From an uncultured Alphaproteobacteria bacterium (GTDB taxonomy: Bacteria; Pseudomonadota; Alphaproteobacteria; Rs-D84), in assembly GCA_944389265.1 (NCBI GenBank), contig CALXLS010000001.1, positions 151,419 to 215,418 of the forward strand: a DNA stretch of 64,000 nucleotides, read 5' to 3'. Below the pieces are notes generated by a model. That model did not search any database, was not told the origin of the DNA, and was given only the letters and a program-made list of their open reading frames with translations. Each line of letters starts with the position of its first letter. Position 1 is the stretch's first letter. Of this stretch, positions 50,778-58,370 are shown in pieces. Made by a program: the position numbers and the translations under genes.

Positions 50778-51251
50778 ATGAAAAAACTTTTTACTGTACT
50801 TGTGCTTTATAATATTATGTACATCCAATATGCACCTGCTGCACCAAACTGTTGCCCACCATGTTCACTTGAAATAGGCGCAACCAACAATTATGACAGT
50901 AGTTGCACAAATTCAAACATTTGTAATTGCCGTTCAACATCTACTACAAACTCTACCTCGCATGTTATAACTACGACAAACAAATTTTTCTCGACCAAAT
51001 GTATAGGGAATACTGCTTATGCATCTTGCACTTCTTCGCTACCAACATACTCTTGCGAACAAGGATATTATGGTAGACCAACAAGCAGTTTATCAGGTTG
51101 TACACGTTGTCCTTCTTCTGGTGGAGTTTACGGGACGACCGCATCTTCTGGCGCCACCGATATAACAGAATGTTATATTCCTTCTGGAACCAGCGGTTCG
51201 GATTCATCTGGCTCTTTTACTTATACGGGCAACTGTTATTATACAAATTAA
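50778..51251 (+). CDS. Secreted Cys-rich protein (13 Cys) with an ephrin-receptor-like/GCC2-GCC3-like C-terminal motif
   Basis: AAGGAGG RBS, signal-peptide-like N-terminus, CEQGYYG...GCTRCP...T..SGATDITEC; terminator at 51251-51277. Confidence 0.75.
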   Translation: MKKLFTVLVLYNIMYIQYAPAAPNCCPPCSLEIGATNNYDSSCTNSNICNCRSTSTTNSTSHVITTTNKFFSTKCIGNTAYASCTSSLPTYSCEQGYYGRPTSSLSGCTRCPSSGGVYGTTASSGATDITECYIPSGTSGSDSSGSFTYTGNCYYTN

Positions 51252-51275
51252 AAAACGGGGGCACGCCCCGTTTTT

Positions 51276-54200
51276 TTATTTCTTGCGCTTAAAGAATGTG
51301 CGCCCTCTTTCTACAAGGAAGAACAATGCTGGCGTTAAGGTAAATGTCCACACTAAACTTGCGAACATACCACCTATCATAACCGCTGCCATTGCGACTT
51401 TCATACCGTCGGCACTCCATAATTGAGGTATCATACCTGTCATAACCGCAATAGAAGTCATCAATATCATGGACTTTTTATCTTTCAATTCTGCCCATAA
51501 TGCTTCTTTTACATTTTCACCGTTATTTATGCGATTGATAGTTGGTTCCAAAAGCAAAATGTTATTATTTACCACAAGCCCCACTAACATAACAAACGCT
51601 AACATAGCACCAACATTCATGGACGCACCTGACAAGAACAGTAAAACAAATACCCCTGCAAAACTTGTCAAAATAGAAGTCGCAATTGTAAATGGATGTG
51701 CCAACGAGTTCATTATAGCAGCCAACAACATATAAGTCAGAACAATAGCCAAGAAGAACGCACTGCCGATTTCACCAGTTGTTTCATCTTGTATTTCTGA
51801 CATACCACCAAATTCTGCACCGTAACCAGTTTCCCAATCAACTTTTGCTATTGATGCTTCTATTTTCTTTTGGACAGGTCCCATCGTGGACTTACCGATA
51901 TTTATATCGATTTCTGTTATTCTTTCTTTATCCAAACGACGTATATCTGGTGTCGCACGTACAACCTCTATGCTGCCTAATTCAGACAAAGGCACCATAC
52001 CTTTCTGGGAATTTACATAAACACTATCAAACATCGCAGATGTTTTAAAAGGACGTGCAAACTCTAATACTATCGGGTATTCTTCACCCTTTTCTTTATA
52101 CTTATAATCATCATTTCCATACAACGCGGTACGAAGCGTAGAACCTGCGTATGAATTCTTTATCCCCCAGAAATTCATTTTTTCTTCGTCTGGTATAAAA
52201 CGAGTCTCCAACCCTGGTTCCTGCTGTGCAAACACAGCACTTTGTACTTCAGGTATTTGATTTATCATATCTAATACCTGTTTCGCGTATGCTTCTCGCT
52301 TTGCATCATCTTCACCAAATATATTCAGTACGATATCAGAAGATATACCCGCACCAGACATACTTTGACCTGCACGCGCCTGAATCTCTACATCAGGTAT
52401 TTCTGATAATTTCGGTACCATTTCACGAACAAGTTCTTTGTCAGAACGCTTTCTATCTTCTATATCAACTAACTCTACCTTTACAGAAATATTCTGTAAT
52501 CCACGTTCACCAATTTTTACAGAAGTTGACTTTACTTCTTCAAATTCTGACAACTTATCTTCTATCTGTTTTGCTATTGCCTCAGACTTTTCAAAAGTTG
52601 CGCCCATAGGTGCACGCGCAGTTATATTAATCTCGTTCGTATCTGTAGATGGCGCAAATTCATTACCAACAAAACGCATCAACATTGAAGAACCTAATAA
52701 AACCGCAATCGCAATTGCAATCACGCGCCAAGGTTTTGAATACTGAAAATCAAACCATTTACGCAAATTAGACTTTTCTTCATCTTTCTTTGTTGTCTTT
52801 ACAGATTGAACACTCTTTTCTGTTTTCTGTTTCTTATTCTCTGTTAGTCTCAAGAACTTTGCTATCATCATAGGTGTTAATGTAAATGAGAACAATAATG
52901 ATAATAAAGTTAAGTACACAACAGTTAACCCAAACTGAATCATAAATTGCCCAACAATACCCCCCATAAATGCCAATGGCAAGAACACAACAACATTAGT
53001 TCCGACACCCGCTAAAACAGATACCGCAACTTTCTTTGTTCCGTCAATAGCCGCATTTTCTGGGTCTTTACCAGCACGCATTTCTTGCAATGCAGATTCT
53101 ATCAAAATAATAGCATTTGATACCAATGTACCCAGCGCAGAAGAATACGCTAATAATGTCATCGCATTAATTGTAAAGCCACTACCATCCATAAAGAAGA
53201 ACCCAGCAATTAATGACGCAGGAATAACAACACCTGCAATAACTGTTGAACGCCAATTACGAGTAAAAGCAAGCAATACCAAAACTGTGAATATAACACC
53301 TAAAATAATACCGTATATTGTGCTATTTGTTTCATCAGCAACCGCAATGGAAGAATCAGATATAATCTCCATCTGGGCACCTGGGAAACGAGTTTCTAAA
53401 TCTGCTTGCAATTCTGGCAGTTTCTTGCGCAACGCTTCGGATATTTTTATAGCATTTCCGTCAGAAGCTTTTACAACAGACGCTATAACAACTCTTTCAC
53501 CGTTATAACGCGCACCTGTTTCTATGTCTCTTGCTGCATCAACTACAGTTGCAATATCACTTAATTTAAAGTTCTGACCTTCGGCAGTTGTTAAACGTAA
53601 ATTCGCAATTTCTTCAACGTTCTGAAATTCACCAATAAAACGAACATTTGATGAATCTGTACCAGTTTCAATCTTACCACCTGGTACATTTAAGTTATGC
53701 ATACCTAAAGCAGATACTACATCCATAACTGTCACACCACGCGCGGCCATTGATTCTGGATTCATCTCTACACGTACTGCGCGCGTTTCACCACCAAATA
53801 CTGATACACTGGCAACGCCCTTTATCGCGGTAATTTTATTAGACAATGTATTATCTACATATTCTTCTATATCACGCGGATTACCACCACGCAAAACTAC
53901 ATCCACAACAGATTCTTGCAAAGGATTCAGTTTTTCTACAACAGGCTGTTTCAAATCATCTGGGAATTCAGAAGACAACGCGTCAAGTTTAGATTTTATT
54001 TCTGTAGATTTATCGTTTACATTTACCCCCAGATTAAACTCCGCCATAACGAAAGCACCATTTTCAAATGCTTGCGAAGTTATTTTCTTTAACTCAGAAA
54101 CTTCTGATATTGCATCTTCCGCTTTCTTTACAACCTGCGATTCTATTTCTGCAGGTGATGCGCCTGGATAAACGAATGTCGCTGTCACCATAGGAAAATC

Positions 54201-54314
54201 TACAGCAGGTGTACGTTCAATATTCATCTTTGGGAAAGACACAAAACCAAGAACCACCCAGAACAAAACAAACATTAATGTCGTAATCGGTCTGCGAACA
54301 AAAAACTTTAACAT
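51276..54314 (-). CDS. RND efflux transporter permease (AcrB family)
   Basis: FVRRP, YPGASPAEIESQV, GFTINAMTL and GLVVNNNILL motifs; two sets of TM segments. Confidence 0.93.
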   Translation of the reverse strand: MLKFFVRRPITTLMFVLFWVVLGFVSFPKMNIERTPAVDFPMVTATFVYPGASPAEIESQVVKKAEDAISEVSELKKITSQAFENGAFVMAEFNLGVNVNDKSTEIKSKLDALSSEFPDDLKQPVVEKLNPLQESVVDVVLRGGNPRDIEEYVDNTLSNKITAIKGVASVSVFGGETRAVRVEMNPESMAARGVTVMDVVSALGMHNLNVPGGKIETGTDSSNVRFIGEFQNVEEIANLRLTTAEGQNFKLSDIATVVDAARDIETGARYNGERVVIASVVKASDGNAIKISEALRKKLPELQADLETRFPGAQMEIISDSSIAVADETNSTIYGIILGVIFTVLVLLAFTRNWRSTVIAGVVIPASLIAGFFFMDGSGFTINAMTLLAYSSALGTLVSNAIILIESALQEMRAGKDPENAAIDGTKKVAVSVLAGVGTNVVVFLPLAFMGGIVGQFMIQFGLTVVYLTLLSLLFSFTLTPMMIAKFLRLTENKKQKTEKSVQSVKTTKKDEEKSNLRKWFDFQYSKPWRVIAIAIAVLLGSSMLMRFVGNEFAPSTDTNEINITARAPMGATFEKSEAIAKQIEDKLSEFEEVKSTSVKIGERGLQNISVKVELVDIEDRKRSDKELVREMVPKLSEIPDVEIQARAGQSMSGAGISSDIVLNIFGEDDAKREAYAKQVLDMINQIPEVQSAVFAQQEPGLETRFIPDEEKMNFWGIKNSYAGSTLRTALYGNDDYKYKEKGEEYPIVLEFARPFKTSAMFDSVYVNSQKGMVPLSELGSIEVVRATPDIRRLDKERITEIDINIGKSTMGPVQKKIEASIAKVDWETGYGAEFGGMSEIQDETTGEIGSAFFLAIVLTYMLLAAIMNSLAHPFTIATSILTSFAGVFVLLFLSGASMNVGAMLAFVMLVGLVVNNNILLLEPTINRINNGENVKEALWAELKDKKSMILMTSIAVMTGMIPQLWSADGMKVAMAAVMIGGMFASLVWTFTLTPALFFLVERGRTFFKRKK

Positions 54315-54348
54315 ATTTTACCCCCTATACCAAAAAGACCGTTATTTT

Positions 54349-54945
54349 TTATTTTACTTGCACTTTATCGCCTGCATTTACTTTTGACAGAATGACCTTA
54401 TCACCATCTTTTAAGCCTTCTGAAATAAACGCTTTTTCTGAATCCTGACGAATGACTGTCACTTTCCTGAATTCGGCAACACCATTTTCTGCAATCAAAA
54501 CACTATCACCTTTTACTGCATATGCAGGAACGAAATAACCGTTACCTATAAATTCAGCGTATTGCAAACCGTCCGACACACCACGCGTTCTAACAACATG
54601 CATACCAGTATCTAAATCTATACTTGATGAAACAGAGACTATTTCACCGTTTCCTACTTTCTGACCAGAACGCAATTTACCGACGCGTGCGCTTGATACA
54701 TATGCACGATTATTTTTTATACCGATTGGTTCTTTTATTATGTCTTCAGTTTTTGAAACTTCTATAACATCGACTGGCGTACCAATATCTGCAGCCACGC
54801 GCGCCGCATTAAAAACATTTAGCGATTTTTCTGCACCAATTGCAGAGAATCTAAAAACCACCCAGCACAATAAAATTACCCCACAAAATATATATGTATA
54901 TCTTTTCCCTTTTGGCGAAGATACCTTTTCTTTTAATTTTTCCAT
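54349..54945 (-). CDS. Minimal periplasmic adaptor (MFP-like) subunit
   Basis: Located between TolC and RND genes; N-terminal TM, SSSIDLDTG, VPAYAV and ISEGLKDGDKVI membrane-proximal motif. Confidence 0.7.
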   Translation of the reverse strand: MEKLKEKVSSPKGKRYTYIFCGVILLCWVVFRFSAIGAEKSLNVFNAARVAADIGTPVDVIEVSKTEDIIKEPIGIKNNRAYVSSARVGKLRSGQKVGNGEIVSVSSSIDLDTGMHVVRTRGVSDGLQYAEFIGNGYFVPAYAVKGDSVLIAENGVAEFRKVTVIRQDSEKAFISEGLKDGDKVILSKVNAGDKVQVK

Positions 54946-54949
54946 ATCT

Positions 54950-56278
54950 TTATTCCCCCAACTTTTTTACAGATTCTGCCGACATTAAAATATTATATTT
55001 TGCATTTATTAACGCCATATCTAACTGATATAGACCTGCAGAAACCTCGGCTAATTCAATTGCAGAAGTTTGACCTGTTGCAAAACGATCACTCGAAAAT
55101 TCGTACGCTTTTGCAGCCAAATCCCTTGCATTTTCAAGGCTCTTTAAATTACCGCGCAAATGATTATACTTTTCAACCGCACGATTATATTCTTCCGTTG
55201 TCATCTTCTTTGACTTATCTAAGTCCTGACGCGCAGCCTCGGCATTCATTGCTTCAACAGTTGCATTTGCTCTGTGCAAACCACCGCTAAAAATAGGTAC
55301 TTGCAGTGCAATTCCCCAATACGCAGACTGTGTATTATTACGATTAAACATATTTTCAAATTCTGTATCTAACGCTATGTAATTATATGAAGCAGTGGCC
55401 GCAAGCGTAGGATATGCACCAGCACGCTTTGAACGCGCATTACGTTCGTACATTGCAACCTGCTCACTAAGCATTTCCCATTCAGGCGTTGTCTTTAATT
55501 CACCTGCTTGTAAATCATTAAATTCTTTTGGAAATTCGTCTGTAAGATTTAACTCTTCATTCATATCTATACCAGCCAGAATCTTTAACATTCTGTGTGC
55601 GGTATCTCTGTTGAACTCTGCATCCGATAAGTTTATTTCTTTTGTGGCAATATCAGATTCAATCTTTACTAAATTGCTTCTATTTGCACGCCCTGCAGAT
55701 GTAAGACTTTTCTTCGCAGCAATTGCTTGATTCAAATCTTGCTGAGATATCTTTACTATCTCGTCCGTCATTTTTGCTGTCCAGTAAACATTTGCCGCAG
55801 CATACTTTACCTCGCGACGAGTCATTTCACGTCCAGCCTCGGACATCTTTATCGCAGAACGCACACCTTCAACCGCGTTCCCTATTTTACCAAAAGTATA
55901 TATAGGCTGAGTCACAGAAACACCAGCCATAAATATATTATCTGGTATTTCTATATGGCTTATTTCTTTCTGCGCCACCTGTGCGATAAGCCCACCTAAT
56001 TCAGGTGGTAAATCTACCCCGTAAGACTTCGTAGGATTTGCAACATTCACTAAATTCATATATGTTGCACTGCCTTCTATATTAAACCAGCGATTTGCAT
56101 TTGCCGCATCTAACGATGCTTCTGCTTTTTTTACATTCGCTTCCGCTTTTTTCAAATCTTCCGATTGTGCCAAAATCTTTTCTGTCGCCTGACTTAAAGA
56201 CAAATCTAACGCGACAGCATCTTGTGCACAAAATGCCAACAACACCACACCTAAAGACAACACACTTAATTTACGCAT
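54950..56278 (-). CDS. TolC family outer membrane efflux protein
   Basis: Signal peptide, QPIYTFG, YPTL, LQVPIFSGG and RFATGQTS motifs. Confidence 0.9.
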   Translation of the reverse strand: MRKLSVLSLGVVLLAFCAQDAVALDLSLSQATEKILAQSEDLKKAEANVKKAEASLDAANANRWFNIEGSATYMNLVNVANPTKSYGVDLPPELGGLIAQVAQKEISHIEIPDNIFMAGVSVTQPIYTFGKIGNAVEGVRSAIKMSEAGREMTRREVKYAAANVYWTAKMTDEIVKISQQDLNQAIAAKKSLTSAGRANRSNLVKIESDIATKEINLSDAEFNRDTAHRMLKILAGIDMNEELNLTDEFPKEFNDLQAGELKTTPEWEMLSEQVAMYERNARSKRAGAYPTLAATASYNYIALDTEFENMFNRNNTQSAYWGIALQVPIFSGGLHRANATVEAMNAEAARQDLDKSKKMTTEEYNRAVEKYNHLRGNLKSLENARDLAAKAYEFSSDRFATGQTSAIELAEVSAGLYQLDMALINAKYNILMSAESVKKLGE

Positions 56279-56720
56279 TACCTAACTCCATCTTTGTTAA
56301 AATATCATTAATGTTTTTCATTGATTGCGTTATAACCATTTCATCTTTCTGACTAAGATTTTCAAACAATTTTTCAATAGAACTACGAAAAACCTCTAAC
56401 GCTTCAATCGCAAGTTCTTCGCCATGTTTAGTGCACGCATACCAAGTATTGCGCCTGTCCGCTTCATCTATTGTTCTAGCAACCAGACCATCCTTTTCTA
56501 ACTTACGAAAAGTCGCACATAAATTAGGCGTAGATACAAATTCACTGTGGGCAATGTCTTTTAATTTTGCTTTACCCTTTATATATAAACGAACAAGAAC
56601 ACTTATCTGTTGACGTGAATGTCCACATAATTGAGCAGGGTCTTTTTTTAATCTGTCCGCTAATTTATCAAAAATTAATATATTTGATTCAAATAACCGA
56701 ATAAATTCCTTGCGTGCCAC
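56271..56720 (-). CDS. MarR family transcriptional regulator
   Basis: LEKDGLVARTIDEADRR wing motif; first gene of the efflux operon. Confidence 0.88.
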   Translation of the reverse strand: MARKEFIRLFESNILIFDKLADRLKKDPAQLCGHSRQQISVLVRLYIKGKAKLKDIAHSEFVSTPNLCATFRKLEKDGLVARTIDEADRRNTWYACTKHGEELAIEALEVFRSSIEKLFENLSQKDEMVITQSMKNINDILTKMELGNA

Positions 56721-56869
56721 AAAAATCTCCTTTATATTATAAAAAGAAAGACAATTATTAAAAAACTTAATTATTATATGTTTTAATAATTAAAATACAA
56801 GAGAAAAAGTAGAATATTTTTATTTTTTATTGCAAAAAGTATAAAGATATTTATAATTGAGTTTGTTTT

Positions 56870-56943
56870 TGGGGTGTCGTCTAATGGTAGGACAAGAGAT
56901 TTTGGTTCTCTTTATCATGGTTCGAATCCGTGCGCCCCAACCA
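56870..56943 (+). tRNA. tRNA-Gln (anticodon TTG)
   Basis: TGGGGTG/CGCCCCA acceptor stem, anticodon arm agaga-ttTTGgt-tctct, GGTTCGAATCC, encoded CCA. Confidence 0.94.
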
Positions 56944-57343
56944 AAAATTAAATCGCCCTTGTGGCGATTTTATTTTTGGACGCGAGCCACAGTTCGTAAT
57001 CCCGACATTTATGTCGTTGGTTCGAAAATTTGTATATGAAAACAAGTGAAACGAAGTTTGAATAACTACAAATTTGCGCGCAGGGCAATGCCCGAGCGAA
57101 TTAAGTGCGCCCCAACCTCATTTAACAAAACGCCCGTTTGGGCGTTTTTTGTTTATAATCCCAAGGATTATGCGAAAGTTTGTTTTCAGATTTGTATGTT
57201 TTAACCGGCACTTCCGAACCAGTAAAATACGCATAAAAACTTTCGAACTTTGTAAAACACTGAATTTCTAACTAAAATCTACTCAGAAGATATAACCCGT
57301 TCACTGTGGTTGTGGGCGGCGAGCGAAACGAATAATGTTTTGA

Positions 57344-58069
57344 TTAGTTTAACACTCTATCTTTACCTAACATATCGTTTATATGTTCGACATGTCCTGC
57401 TTGTATCTCTGTATTGTTTCCATTATCAACTGCCGCTTTCAAAATCCGCATGACTTCATGTTTGTCAGTATATTCTGCATCTGGGTTGTCAAAAATTTTA
57501 TCCAAAACATCATCCAATCTGTGTGGTTTAATTACAAAAGTTCCGTTTGGAATAAAACTGATGTCGCGTAATTCACATCTGCCATCAAACACAACAACCG
57601 AATACATAGGCAAATTTTCAAACTGTTTGGATTGTTTTTGCAATACTTTTATATGAGATTCATTTTGCAATACAGGGTTATAAAATCTGTATTTATCGTT
57701 TCCGTAATTCAGCACTTGCATCCATTGGTTTTGCTTTCCTTTGCCAAAAATCCATCCGGAATAATCTTTAACCTCAAAAACAATCAATCCGACTTTGGTT
57801 GCAACAACAATATCTACTTGTGAAAAACCGTATTTTCCGTTTTTTACATACAAATCATGAAATATCGCTTTCGGAGATATGCCATAATCCAATAATTTGC
57901 TTATCAGATTTCGTTCAGACCAAGTTCCTCTATCTTCTGATGTTATCTCGTCTAATCTTTCGTCATATCTCTTTAGCCAAAAGGTTGCATTGCGGTCTGT
58001 TGGAAAACCTTTTTTAAAGGCCATAAACAATACGAACATTACCATAAAGATAACAATTAACGCTTCCAT
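57344..58069 (-). CDS. NERD (nuclease-related domain) protein with N-terminal TM
   Basis: RGTWSE, HDLY, SQVDIVV, FEVKDYSGWIFG, FYNPVLQNESHI motifs. Confidence 0.85.
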   Translation of the reverse strand: MEALIVIFMVMFVLFMAFKKGFPTDRNATFWLKRYDERLDEITSEDRGTWSERNLISKLLDYGISPKAIFHDLYVKNGKYGFSQVDIVVATKVGLIVFEVKDYSGWIFGKGKQNQWMQVLNYGNDKYRFYNPVLQNESHIKVLQKQSKQFENLPMYSVVVFDGRCELRDISFIPNGTFVIKPHRLDDVLDKIFDNPDAEYTDKHEVMRILKAAVDNGNNTEIQAGHVEHINDMLGKDRVLN

Positions 58070-58169
58070 AACGTAGATATTATACTTAAACACACAAGAA
58101 ATCAAGCAGGCCTAAATTTAGTTGAAACTTAAAAGTTGTTGATTTAAAATTCTAAAAAAAGAGGAACAC

Positions 58170-58268
58170 ATGAAAAGGCTATTGTTTTTTATTGCATGGC
58201 TGTTTTTTTGGCCATTTATTTTATGGTTTTATGTATTCGGGATAGTTTACGAACGCTGGTTTAAATAA
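58170..58268 (+). CDS. Putative 32-aa hydrophobic micro-protein (missing from the ORF track)
   Basis: MKRLLFFIAWLFFWPFILWFYVFGIVYERWFK; GAGGA RBS and a TTGAAA-N17-TAAAAT promoter (58122-58150). Confidence 0.55.
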   Translation: MKRLLFFIAWLFFWPFILWFYVFGIVYERWFK

Positions 58269-58370
58269 AGGCATTTATCTTTAGCTAATCAAATATATAA
58301 AGGACTCAACCAAAAGTTCGCGTTTCGCCCGCCGCCCACAACCAAAAATTAAATCGCCCTTGTGGCGATT

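Larger units (their letters stand above)
57307..58344. repeat. 24-bp inverted repeats (57307-57330 and 58321-58344), 23/24 identical
   Basis: tggttgtgggcggcgagcgaaacg versus the reverse complement of cgtttcgcccgccgcccacaacca. Confidence 0.88.

Noticed and set aside
56857-57271. 60-65 aa ORFs over tRNA-Gln and the repeat region (also ORFs over tRNA-Arg and tRNA-Trp)
   Set aside because: They overlap clear tRNAs, terminators and repeats, so they are shadow ORFs.
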